Part shown: positions 38,801 to 47,563 of the stretch, in pieces | Layout: the number at the start of each line of letters is the position of its first letter | How positions within the stretch are numbered: position 1 is the stretch's first letter | Source: Acidobacteriota bacterium | Lineage (GTDB): Bacteria; Acidobacteriota; Blastocatellia; Chloracidobacteriales; JADJPF01 | Assembly: GCA_016213785.1 (NCBI GenBank) | Contig: JACQZQ010000108.1 | Coordinates: 57,270-121,269 of the forward strand | Length of the DNA stretch: 64,000 nt | Reading direction: 5' to 3' | Translations under genes and position numbers: made by a program | Notes under the pieces: generated by a model | Seen by the model: only the letters and a program-made list of their open reading frames with translations | What the model was told of the DNA's origin: nothing | Databases searched by the model: none

Positions 38801-41800
38801 TTTGCTAATATTGCCCCAACTCAAGAAACTAGTTCTTTTAGTGATTTAAGGCAAGAGACAGACTTTGCTAATAATATTGATAATGTTAAAAACCAAGAAA
38901 TTAGTAACATAAATAATATAAATAATATAAACCTAGATAATCCTTTTTATACAAGTACTGAATCAAAGCCTTACGAATTTGACTTTAATATAAATAGCAG
39001 TGCAAGTATAAATCAAGAAATAGATTATCTTTCAAATAATCTTCAAGAACCTATTCAAATAAATCAGATTAATGAGTATGTAGAAAATAGCCTAACTCCT
39101 CTATCTAAAACGTCTTCAGACAATTTTACTCAACCTAGCAATGAGTTTGGTTTAGGGTCTTTAGAACCTAATGAGAGCAAGTTAGAAATTTCTCAAATCC
39201 CAGAAATTTTACCAGATCAAGAAACCCCTCCATCATTTCCATCAATTGACTTTTCTTCAACAGAGTTAGAAGAAACTAATACAAATATTTCCAAAACGGC
39301 TGAAGAACTTTCTCCAGAAAATGTAGTTCCTGCTTCAATTGAAGATGGCAAATTTGCATTTGATATAGATTTACCCAAGCCCGAAACTAAAGCTACAATA
39401 GATATAGAAAAAGCTTTAGCAAGTTTTGAAGCAGAAAAAGATCGTTTAGCTAATGCTCCTACACTCTCAGAATTACCTGTTATAAATGATATTCCTGACC
39501 CAGATCCAAATATTTTAGACTTAGATCTTTCTTCAGAAGCATTAAAAGAAACTCAAAAAATACCTATTATTAAAGTATCTTCTGATTACTTAGAAAAACC
39601 TCATGATAAGTTTGAGGTAATATCTCCTAATCACCCAACCTTAAAACTTCCTGCTGTTGCCTTCTCAGAAGAAGATGAACTAGAACAAAAAGCTAAAGAT
39701 TTTGGTAAATTTGCTACTATATCAGAGGTTAATAAAATAACAGACCAACTTCCTAATGTACCTCCTTTACTAGAAGAGTCAGAAGAAAATCTAATTAGCA
39801 CCCAAAAAGTATCTCAAGAACCTCAAGAACCTCAAGTATCTCAGAAACCTAAGGTTACTTCTAGTAAAGAAGTGCAAGATATAGAAGTAGATGATATATA
39901 TCTTGATCCATTTACAGGAGTATTTGAGGCTATAACTTTTCCTGATGAAGAAGAATCAAAAATCCCTGCTTCGCTTCTAGTAAATAAATTTGCTAGTCAA
40001 CCATCATTGCCTATAGAATCTCTAAGCTTATCTAATTCATCAGTTGAAAATATTTCTAAAAACATCTCTGAAAATATTTCTGAAAACATCTCTGAAAACA
40101 TCTCTGAAAATAATCTTGAATCTCAATCTGTGATGGTTGAAAAAACTTTAGAAGATGACTCTATAGCAATTGAGGCTAGCAAAATTATCAGCTATCAAGA
40201 TTTCTTAAACACTCAATCGCGCATAACAGAAGAAAATCCAACTTTAGATGACTCAGCAAATGCTTTAACAGAGTCAGAAATAATGACTCCTGAAATTATC
40301 TCTCAATTAAATTCAACTAGTGACTTAGAGAGTGAAAATCTTAATTTAGACAGACAAGGGTTTCAAACCCAAGAAACACCTCAAATCCAAGAATCTTCTA
40401 GTGTAGAAGAAATAGCATCTAATATTGGTTATGAAAATTCTACAAATAATCAAGCTTTTGCAAGTCCAAATGAAAGCTCTACTTATAGCAATCAAAATAA
40501 TACGCCTAATAATTTATTAGATGTTAGTTTAGATCTTGATCAGCTTAATGACCTAGTAATAGCTGAACAAAATGAACAAATAGCTAGTCCATTAGAAAAT
40601 ATTAATAAATTACATTTAGACTATCTCGCCAGTAAACCTTTTAATACTAGTGAAATAGAAACAGATGTCTCTTTACCTACAGCATCTTTATTTATTCAAA
40701 CAATTCCGCCTGCTATGACAATAGATCCTGAACAAACACTTCAGTTATCTGGAGAGCAAAACTTTTTTTCACCATCTGAAAAAAGGCCTTTGACCACTCC
40801 AATAAGAACAGACTCAGAAGAAAACTTTTCAAGTTTTCCTAAACAAACACTAGATTTACAACCTTGGCCTAGCCCAACTAATGAACAAGCTAAGACTTCA
40901 CCATTTAATTTTTCTCAACCAAATCAATCATACCCTATAACACCTGCACCAACAGAAAAACAAGCTAATTTAAGTCCTTTTTCATTCCCAAATCTTAGCC
41001 CTTTACCTAGTAATGCTTCTGTTAATGAAACCCTTGATCTTGCTAGTCCTAGAGCGCCTATAACTAAAGCACCTATAAAAGAAAAAAGCTTGGGAGATTT
41101 ATTATTAGGAGCTAGTGCTGATTTAGAAGCACCTAATGCAAACTTAAATATAGAATCTTCTCCAATTGAATATGTCCCTGATGAATTTGTTTTTGGTGAA
41201 AGAGGTTTTAATATTCCTCCACCAGTAAAACCTTCTGTAATGGAGACTCTCCCCAGCACTACTTTATCAGCTGAGGCTTTACCTAATGAAATAGTTTTAG
41301 GCCACTCACCTAAGTTTAGCTTACCTAACTCAAATGAATTGCCACCAACATTTAGTAATGATTCTTTCCCAACTGTCTCAAGTATTTTAGAGGAAGGAAA
41401 AATTAATAAATGGGCTACACCTGAAACTGAAACAGATTTTGGGTTTGATACAATAATGGATGATTCAGAAATAGATGGGGATAATCTTAGTAATTTAGTA
41501 GATGAAAAAATTTCTAAGGAAAAACGTTTTTCTTCTACACCTCAACCTCCTGTTCTACCACACTCAAAAACACCCTCTGGATTAATCCAATATGGTTCTA
41601 TTAGTCAAGCACCTACAGTTGATATGTCCTCTCCAATAGCAGCAAAGATTCTAACACCCTCAAATGAAGCCCCTGATAGTAGTTTGCCTAAAAATCAGCT
41701 AGTAATGTCTCGTAAATTTAATAATGATGTAATAGCAGGTCGAGAGCTTGCAATTTTATATGAAAAATTTGTTCAAGTTTGTAATTTATATAGAGTGCAA

Positions 41801-41989
41801 AATGTTATACCATCTGAAGAACAATTTCGAGTTACAGTATTAAATACATCTAAAAGCTTAAAGGTTGAATCATTATCTAGTGAGATATTATGCTCAGTAG
41901 AAATAGTTGAAGGAGAAGTTCATGTTTATTGTCAGGCAAATAGATCTAGTCTCTTTCAAAAACGAAGCCAGCGACAAAGAGTATTTTAG
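35828..41989 (+). CDS. Giant P-loop NTPase (aa 1 to about 780) + low-complexity/disordered tract of about 1150 aa + small C-terminal domain (2053 aa)
   Basis: A 6162-nt uninterrupted frame in AT-rich DNA. Walker A GVRGVGKSHLL (36005-36028), Walker B-like VFVFIDGLS, FPLHPQVLEL motif. aa 780 to about 1950 is S/N/E/P/T/I-rich with internal short repeats. Confidence 0.75.
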   Translation: MSSQPIKSFITIHNIDQTTRLDSATNEQVVNSYQCTEPAATVLASLVEQARSGSIAIVTGVRGVGKSHLLAFLRAIIAQPDLIKKVSHPFARRILEKAVDKRPRSQTVVTINCDSEQTDVNLLSTRGDAQIEAACATGKNVFVFIDGLSLLLRRSKREECLQWLVSLAHNADAQRYQLFITLDQDLIEILTKAFSNSQILSAIETIAANNLALVLDQFICPKKPEQKRALDNLYDELCRKVPHFQWSHQDFLQAFPLHPQVLELAPALRTYARTFSLLSFFYTVAPRAIMRRGFNLISLVEVFDTFEYDLRRNRALSYLFSTYDYLLDNFVKALPSVQQFHGKFLLRAITLLSLKERSYTALEIADSVMLFDDSPTMLFRQSMKTIMDFMATAANEKMTVSLVEGEKKFQLSLAEVSSVDPIEEATKTIEDDDSRLIETLIDSGKENFKDWPLVFSSDNNFQRRAEIELIWRGTARRGILKLGGSTEISSNNSKQRNLEWQLTLVSPSSLDQYRTEVPENLVVRYWYPAPLEPDHLLLLKRLLVIRQQGHNLLSPEELKAEEIYLTTQAAKIFSRCYLESGSLGNAQQNTAQTFSSQEKRLPNLLGTMLDPILKNKLSKHPILGDILNERTLKVLARGFFYQSEWSRPELKKYLGQFALPLHIVSLVGENFEFSLPSDIPKDSPLGKILSALERSYAQTINRVDIERLLCNEPFGLQQTLLLLLVLGAAAAGHIILTDNAGEVILTNAGIRSGYDVANYTKVCLPNTLQPQEEPILALPIKTESRFNNLQENVLKEAVAEVLSATPTTKESKPTEEEDNQLLEFYQSGFFSRSAIGNEPTIKSLTTTDTPSITKIRKTTSGEITTVSTNEELLTEPTETSEEDELLEFYQSGTFQKPIIPEEIEKSVEKTPVKLTNTYLRPITENVKPLQEIVPPIKNSSENNFPLSSLDITPLVISKSLLESDLSFSSEIINSERINNEIVSSSRTDISDFANIAPTQETSSFSDLRQETDFANNIDNVKNQEISNINNINNINLDNPFYTSTESKPYEFDFNINSSASINQEIDYLSNNLQEPIQINQINEYVENSLTPLSKTSSDNFTQPSNEFGLGSLEPNESKLEISQIPEILPDQETPPSFPSIDFSSTELEETNTNISKTAEELSPENVVPASIEDGKFAFDIDLPKPETKATIDIEKALASFEAEKDRLANAPTLSELPVINDIPDPDPNILDLDLSSEALKETQKIPIIKVSSDYLEKPHDKFEVISPNHPTLKLPAVAFSEEDELEQKAKDFGKFATISEVNKITDQLPNVPPLLEESEENLISTQKVSQEPQEPQVSQKPKVTSSKEVQDIEVDDIYLDPFTGVFEAITFPDEEESKIPASLLVNKFASQPSLPIESLSLSNSSVENISKNISENISENISENISENNLESQSVMVEKTLEDDSIAIEASKIISYQDFLNTQSRITEENPTLDDSANALTESEIMTPEIISQLNSTSDLESENLNLDRQGFQTQETPQIQESSSVEEIASNIGYENSTNNQAFASPNESSTYSNQNNTPNNLLDVSLDLDQLNDLVIAEQNEQIASPLENINKLHLDYLASKPFNTSEIETDVSLPTASLFIQTIPPAMTIDPEQTLQLSGEQNFFSPSEKRPLTTPIRTDSEENFSSFPKQTLDLQPWPSPTNEQAKTSPFNFSQPNQSYPITPAPTEKQANLSPFSFPNLSPLPSNASVNETLDLASPRAPITKAPIKEKSLGDLLLGASADLEAPNANLNIESSPIEYVPDEFVFGERGFNIPPPVKPSVMETLPSTTLSAEALPNEIVLGHSPKFSLPNSNELPPTFSNDSFPTVSSILEEGKINKWATPETETDFGFDTIMDDSEIDGDNLSNLVDEKISKEKRFSSTPQPPVLPHSKTPSGLIQYGSISQAPTVDMSSPIAAKILTPSNEAPDSSLPKNQLVMSRKFNNDVIAGRELAILYEKFVQVCNLYRVQNVIPSEEQFRVTVLNTSKSLKVESLSSEILCSVEIVEGEVHVYCQANRSSLFQKRSQRQRVF
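40049..40108 (+). repeat. In-frame 12-nt tandem repeat x5 (AAYATYTCTGAA = Asn-Ile-Ser-Glu/Lys) inside the giant ORF
   Basis: Read directly: aatatttctaaa aacatctctgaa aatatttctgaa aacatctctgaa aacatctctgaa, encoding NISKNISENISENISENISE. Confidence 0.9.
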
Positions 41990-42044
41990 TTAAATTACAG
42001 AAAAATATTATAATTAAACATATTATTCTGATTTGCAAAAAATT

Positions 42045-42668
42045 ATGGAAAAAAATTTTTTTCAAAATAAAAAAGCGAAGATTTTTTTTCTACTTTGGCT
42101 TTTAGCAATTTTTTTTGGTCTGTATTTACTAAATAATCATGCTAATAGCCCTTCAAAATCTGCCATAGCACCTACTCTTTGGCCTCAAGAAACCAAACTA
42201 TCTTTAAGTAAATCCTCTGCTACAGTAATTTTATTTGCTCACCCTAAATGCCCCTGCACTAGAGCTACACTAGGTGAATTAGCTAAATTTACAACACAAA
42301 CTCAAAATAAAGCAAAAGTCTATGTTTTATTTACAAAACCAAAAAATTCCCCTGATGATTGGCAACAAACAGATATTTTAGAAATAGCTAAAAATATTTC
42401 AGGAGTTGAAATAAAGATAGATCCCGGAGGAGAAGAAGCTAATCTTTTTCAAACATTTACCTCTGGACAAACTCTTGTGTATAACCCCCAAGGTAAGCTA
42501 TTATTTAGCGGTGGTATTACAAGCGCCCGCGGCCATTCAGGTGATAATTTAGGCCTTAGCGCTATTACTAGTATAATTAATAAAAATATAACTCCTATAG
42601 AAAAAACTCCAGTATTTGGTTGTACATTATGTCTACCAAACTCTGGCAATAATGCCCCTTCAAAATAA
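42045..42668 (+). CDS. Membrane-anchored thioredoxin-fold-like protein with CPC and CxxC motifs
   Basis: The track ORF begins at TTG 42033. I prefer ATG 42045 (MEKNFF...), but the start is uncertain. One N-terminal TM helix (IFFLLWLLAIFFGLYLL), VILFAHPKCPCTRATL, C-terminal FGCTLC. The stop is 16 nt before the kinase gene. Confidence 0.55.
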   Translation: MEKNFFQNKKAKIFFLLWLLAIFFGLYLLNNHANSPSKSAIAPTLWPQETKLSLSKSSATVILFAHPKCPCTRATLGELAKFTTQTQNKAKVYVLFTKPKNSPDDWQQTDILEIAKNISGVEIKIDPGGEEANLFQTFTSGQTLVYNPQGKLLFSGGITSARGHSGDNLGLSAITSIINKNITPIEKTPVFGCTLCLPNSGNNAPSK

Positions 42669-42684
42669 TCCTAAGGGTTTTTTT

Positions 42685-44628
42685 ATGAGTAATTACTACA
42701 ATGCAATAAATCCACAACTAGATCTTAGTTCGTCTATAGACGCAGAAATACAAAACAAAGTATCTATGCGTAGTGTTGAGCTTTTTAATAATCAACAACA
42801 ACAAGTATTTGCACGAACAGATCGAATGTTTGCTAAACTATTGATATTTCAGTGGATAGCAGGTATTGGAATTTCTCTTTGGCTTTCTCCATATGCTTGG
42901 CAAGCTTCAACTCTTGCAATTCATTTACATATCTGGACAGCTATTTTCTTAGGAGCCATTTTACTTAGTCTCCCGCTTTATTTAATTTATTATAAACCAG
43001 GTCATCCCCTTACTCGTCATTCTGTAGCAATGGCTCAAATGCTTTTTTCAGCACTATTAATTCACCTTTGTGGCGGTAGAATCGAAACCCATTTTCATGT
43101 CTTTGGCTCACTTGCATTTTTAACTTTTTATCGTGATTGGCGTGTCTTAATAACTGCTACTGTAGTAGTTGGTTTAGATCATTTTCTTCGAGGTGTTTTT
43201 TGGCCTCGATCTGTTTTTGGTACTAATGATGCTAGCAATTTACGTTGGCTTGAACATGCAGGTTGGGTATTGTTTGAAGATTTTTTTCTTATACTTGCTT
43301 GTTTGCGTAGTGTAAGCGATATGCAAGGAATGGCAAATCAAAATGCCCAATTAGAAGCAGTTAATGCCAATATTGAACGAAAAGTTAAAGAAAGAACTCA
43401 TCAACTCCATAAAAAATCTGAAGAGCTATCTAAGAAAAATGGTGAGCTTGATAAGAAAAATGATGAATTAGCTGATACAGTAAATCAGCTTAAGGCATCC
43501 AAAGAGGCCGTAGAAAAAGCTAATAAAGATCTACTGAAATCTAATAATGAATTAGCTGAATCTCAAAGACGTGCTGATCGTATTTTCTCAGCTTTAGCCG
43601 AAGCCTTGCCAGGAAAAGTATTAGATGAAAAATATCGCTTAGATAGTAAAATTGGCTCTGGTGGGTTTGGAGCAGTTTATAAAGCTACACAACTAGCGCT
43701 TAATCGCCCTATTGCAATAAAAGTCTTTCGCCCTACCGAAGATAATGCTAGTGCTGAAAACTTAGAAAGATTTTTATTAGAAGGAATTTCCGCTTGTAGA
43801 GTTAATCACCCTAATGCTGTTTCTGTACTAGATTCTGGAATTTCTTCTGATGGAATTGCTTATCTTGCTATGGAACTTTTAGAGGGTTGGTCATTAAGTA
43901 TTGAGTTAAAAGAAAAAGGAAAACTTGCAATTAAACGTTGCATAGATATTGTTGCACCTGTTTGTGATGTACTAGCCTATGCTCATGAAAGCGGTATTAT
44001 CCACCGTGATATAAAGCCTGATAATATTTTCTTACACCAACCTAAAGAAGGCGAAATTATTAAAGTTGTAGATTTTGGTATTGCTAAAATTGTAGACAAA
44101 GATCAAAAATCTACACCTAGTAATCTTACTGGAACGGGTAATTTGATTGGTACACCAACTTACATGGCACCAGAAAGATTATCTAATAAAGCTTATGATG
44201 GTAGATCAGATGTTTATAGTCTAGGAATTTTGCTATATCAAATGTTAGTAGGTTGTGTCCCATTTGATGAAGAATATAGTGGAATTGTAGGACTAGTAAT
44301 GATGCACTTAAAAGAAGCTCCTCCACCATTAACAGACTTTGACCCTGATATGCCTAAAGAACTTGAAGATATTGTTATGAAAACCTTAGTTAAAGACCCT
44401 CAAGAAAGAATTTCTGCAAAAGATCTTGGGCAAGCTTTAAGAGATTTTATAAATAATTGTGATGAAAATGATCCTATTACTGGTTCTAATGAAATGGATC
44501 CCATTACAGATAAACATGAGTTAACAAATAAACATTTGCAAGCAGCACTTCCTACTGTAGAATTTACTCCTAGTAAATCGACTAAGGAAGAAAAACCTAT
44601 CTCATCTAGTAATCTTGTTCCTCAATAA
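42685..44628 (+). CDS. Ser/Thr protein kinase with N-terminal polytopic membrane sensor module and coiled coil
   Basis: I trimmed the track ORF (42616) to ATG 42685 (MSNYYNAINP), just after the upstream stop. About 5-6 TM helices with the His-rich motif GGRIETHFHVFGSLAFLTFYRDWRVL. K/E/N-rich coiled coil. Kinase motifs GSGGFGAVYKA, AIKVF, HRDIKPDNIF, DFGIAK, GTPTYMAPE. Confidence 0.85.
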   Translation: MSNYYNAINPQLDLSSSIDAEIQNKVSMRSVELFNNQQQQVFARTDRMFAKLLIFQWIAGIGISLWLSPYAWQASTLAIHLHIWTAIFLGAILLSLPLYLIYYKPGHPLTRHSVAMAQMLFSALLIHLCGGRIETHFHVFGSLAFLTFYRDWRVLITATVVVGLDHFLRGVFWPRSVFGTNDASNLRWLEHAGWVLFEDFFLILACLRSVSDMQGMANQNAQLEAVNANIERKVKERTHQLHKKSEELSKKNGELDKKNDELADTVNQLKASKEAVEKANKDLLKSNNELAESQRRADRIFSALAEALPGKVLDEKYRLDSKIGSGGFGAVYKATQLALNRPIAIKVFRPTEDNASAENLERFLLEGISACRVNHPNAVSVLDSGISSDGIAYLAMELLEGWSLSIELKEKGKLAIKRCIDIVAPVCDVLAYAHESGIIHRDIKPDNIFLHQPKEGEIIKVVDFGIAKIVDKDQKSTPSNLTGTGNLIGTPTYMAPERLSNKAYDGRSDVYSLGILLYQMLVGCVPFDEEYSGIVGLVMMHLKEAPPPLTDFDPDMPKELEDIVMKTLVKDPQERISAKDLGQALRDFINNCDENDPITGSNEMDPITDKHELTNKHLQAALPTVEFTPSKSTKEEKPISSSNLVPQ

Positions 44629-44642
44629 TCATTCTATATTTC

Positions 44643-45674
44643 TTAGGTATTAGCTATAGTTAGGTTTTGGAAATCTTTTTCAAAACCTAATAACAAATCC
44701 TTTTTCTCCTTTTCTAAAAGCAAACTAGCATTTAGTGCATTTAATACTAGTTTTTTTATTTCTTCATGGCTAAAAGCAAAAGTTTCTGTAATTCTTAAAA
44801 ATTCATCTGTTAAAGTAGTGTTAAACATTGGTGGATCATCAGAATTAATGGTTATATATAAACCCTCTTCTAATAATTTTGGTAAAGGATGTTTAGATAA
44901 ACTAGGTGCAACTTGTAAGCAAATATTACTAGTAGGACATACTTCTAAAGGAACCTGATGTTCTCTAAGATAGTCTACTAGTTTAGTATCCTCTAAACAC
45001 CGAACACCATGCCCAATGCGGCTAGCCCCCAAATCCTTTAATGCCCCCCAAATGCTCTCTGCTCCCATAGTTTCACCAGCATGAGGAATGCTAGTTATAC
45101 CTGCTTTTAATATTTTCTTAAAAGCATCTTTATGAAGTTCTGGAGGATAACCAACTTCTGGCCCACCCAAACCAAGCGCTACCACTCCATCATTCTTAGC
45201 ATCAATTACCCAATCTGCAACTATTAAGCCTTCTTCTGGAGCAATACTTCGTGGAATATCAATAATAAGCGCCATTGTTATTCCATATTCTTTTTTAGCC
45301 CAATCACGAGCACGATTTATAGCAGAAAGCTGGGCTTCAAAACTAATATTTCTAAATTTATAATGAGTATAGGCTGTATAAGTAACTTCACTATAGCGAA
45401 TATTCTGTTTAGCTTGTCCAATTAAAAACTCTCTTGTAATTAACTCAATATCTTCAGTAGATTTAAGGCAAGAAGAAATGGTTAAGTAAATCTCTACAAA
45501 ATGGGGAAAGTCCTTAAATTTGTACCACTCTTGTAAGCCTTCAACAGTATTTGCTGGCAGTTTGACTTTATGTTCTTTAGCTAGTTTTAATAAAGTAGTA
45601 GGCTCTATTGCACCCTCTAGATGAACGTGCAGTTCAACTTTAGGCATTTTAGTAATAAATTCTTTTAATGACAT
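44643..45674 (-). CDS. add: Adenosine deaminase
   Basis: VELHVHLEGA, SIPHAGE, HGVR, TINSDDPPMF are the canonical metal and catalytic motifs of the adenosine/AMP deaminase fold. 343 aa. Confidence 0.9.
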   Translation of the reverse strand: MSLKEFITKMPKVELHVHLEGAIEPTTLLKLAKEHKVKLPANTVEGLQEWYKFKDFPHFVEIYLTISSCLKSTEDIELITREFLIGQAKQNIRYSEVTYTAYTHYKFRNISFEAQLSAINRARDWAKKEYGITMALIIDIPRSIAPEEGLIVADWVIDAKNDGVVALGLGGPEVGYPPELHKDAFKKILKAGITSIPHAGETMGAESIWGALKDLGASRIGHGVRCLEDTKLVDYLREHQVPLEVCPTSNICLQVAPSLSKHPLPKLLEEGLYITINSDDPPMFNTTLTDEFLRITETFAFSHEEIKKLVLNALNASLLLEKEKKDLLLGFEKDFQNLTIANT

Positions 45675-45680
45675 AATTGT

Positions 45681-46181
45681 TTAATTTTTACTTCTATCTC
45701 TAACCTCTTCAGAAGTTAAACCATAAATAGGTGGGGTTTTAATATCTAGCATTCCTAAATATAGATAGATTTGTCCTCTATGATGAATTTCATGCTCTAT
45801 CATAGCCCGCAGCCATTTCCATAACGAAATCGCGCTACCAGCAGGTGTTAGGCACTTTTTTTGTAAATCATCGCTAGTCAATTTACTAAATATTTCTATA
45901 GATTCTTGATGCACTTTATCAAAAAACTCTAACACTTCTTTATAGCCATCAGCTAGCTCTTTTCCATGTCCAGGATAGCAACTAGGCTTAAATTGGGCAT
46001 TTTCTGCATACATATAGCGCTCTATAGTAGCTAAATGTCTGATGATATCAGCAAAAGTAAATTTTCCTTCTCTATATGTCCAATTAATTTTATCTTCTGG
46101 TATACATTTAATTACTCTTAAAGTTCTTTCATGAACTTTTTCAAAATATTCTAAAAAAATGTTTATGTCTTTTATTTCCAT
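45681..46181 (-). CDS. DinB-family (DinB_2-like) four-helix-bundle metalloprotein
   Basis: 166 aa. His triad context IIRHLATIERY ... HEIHHRGQIYLYL. Confidence 0.75.
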   Translation of the reverse strand: MEIKDINIFLEYFEKVHERTLRVIKCIPEDKINWTYREGKFTFADIIRHLATIERYMYAENAQFKPSCYPGHGKELADGYKEVLEFFDKVHQESIEIFSKLTSDDLQKKCLTPAGSAISLWKWLRAMIEHEIHHRGQIYLYLGMLDIKTPPIYGLTSEEVRDRSKN

Positions 46182-46213
46182 TATTTTTCCTAGAATTTTT
46201 TCTATTAAAACTT

Positions 46214-47527
46214 CTACTGTGTAAATTCAGCAAGTAAATTATACATTTGTTCACTAACTTCTTTAGGGAAACATAATCTATCTATCTTAAATTCTCGCAT
46301 CTCTCGAACAACATTTGATACTTCTGTAATCTCACAAGCGCCTTTATTACTATAGGATTTAACTTCAACATAAATTTGTGTTTTAGGTTCAGAGCTATCA
46401 GGCGAGTAAGGCTTAAAATAAGGAACATCTCTAGCGCTATCTTTTAGCAAATAATAGCTTTCCATAAACCCAGCTTTAGTTATTATCTCACAAGCAGCAA
46501 CTAAAAACTTCTCTTCATTAATCTCTGACCAATTTATATCTATTGACTTAAAAAGCCTTCGATTAATAAAACGACTACATAAATCTTTAAGAACAGGGTC
46601 TTTTTCATTCATCCATTCTTTAATATGAAACATTACATCATGATCGTCTAAACTTAAGAATTCTTTTGTAGTCATTAATCTGGTAGCAAGTAGTTTAGCT
46701 AAGGGAGAATCTGTTAAATGAAATTTTAAGTTACCTTCTGCTAAAAGTTCTACAGCACGACGAAGTATAGAAATTAACATATTTTCTGAAGCTCTAAGCG
46801 AGTGATGGAAATAGACTTGTCTAAACATATAAAATCTAGCTTGCAAGTATTCCTCAACAGCATATAAACCTTTAGCAGAGATATAAATACGGTTTTCTAC
46901 TTTATCTAATTTTATAGAATGAATAATCCATTCTAAGTCGTAGTTACCATATTTTGCCCCTGTCATAAGGCTATCACGCAAAAGATAGTCAAAACGGTCA
47001 CAGTCAAGTTGAGAGCTTACTAGCTGAGAAGCAAACGGATATAAATATTTGTGTTCATAAATACTTACAATTGTATTTGGTAACTGAGTATCATAGTTTG
47101 ATAAAACTTGATTTATTTCAGTAGAAGGATCTAGAAGGATTTGTTTTGTCCAGTTTTCATGTTTTATCTTAGTAGCCTTTTCTATAACATGGGAAAAAGG
47201 CCCGTGTCCAACATCATGTAGAAGTGCTGCAACTCGTGCAGCAAGACGGGTTTGAGCAGAGATTTTATAATCAACGGCAAGTTTATCAAGAACTCGCGTC
47301 ATTATATACATAACACCAAGGCTGTGAGTAAAACGGCTATGTTCTGCACCTTGATAAGTATAGAGAGCTAAACCTAGCTGTTTAATTCGTCGCAAGCGCT
47401 GAAATTCGCTAGTATCAATTAAGTTTATTAGCAAACGATCATCATCTTGCGCACTATTAAGCGCAATGATGTTATGCACTGGGTCACGATATCTTATTTC
47501 AGAAGGTACAACGCCTTTTGGCATCAT
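46214..47527 (-). CDS. HD-domain phosphohydrolase of the SAMHD1/EF1143-like (COG1078) dNTP-triphosphohydrolase type
   Basis: FQRLRRIKQLG, RFTHSLGVMYI, LLHDVGHGPFSH, DCDRFDYLLRD. 437 aa. Confidence 0.8.
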   Translation of the reverse strand: MMPKGVVPSEIRYRDPVHNIIALNSAQDDDRLLINLIDTSEFQRLRRIKQLGLALYTYQGAEHSRFTHSLGVMYIMTRVLDKLAVDYKISAQTRLAARVAALLHDVGHGPFSHVIEKATKIKHENWTKQILLDPSTEINQVLSNYDTQLPNTIVSIYEHKYLYPFASQLVSSQLDCDRFDYLLRDSLMTGAKYGNYDLEWIIHSIKLDKVENRIYISAKGLYAVEEYLQARFYMFRQVYFHHSLRASENMLISILRRAVELLAEGNLKFHLTDSPLAKLLATRLMTTKEFLSLDDHDVMFHIKEWMNEKDPVLKDLCSRFINRRLFKSIDINWSEINEEKFLVAACEIITKAGFMESYYLLKDSARDVPYFKPYSPDSSEPKTQIYVEVKSYSNKGACEITEVSNVVREMREFKIDRLCFPKEVSEQMYNLLAEFTQ

Positions 47528-47563
47528 ACTTAAATCCTATAAACTATTAAAAATATTAAAATA

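Noticed and set aside
40049-40108. Short tandem repeats as a CRISPR array or non-coding satellite.
   Set aside because: The 12-nt period is head-to-tail without spacers. It is in frame inside a 6.2-kb ORF and translates to NISE repeats.
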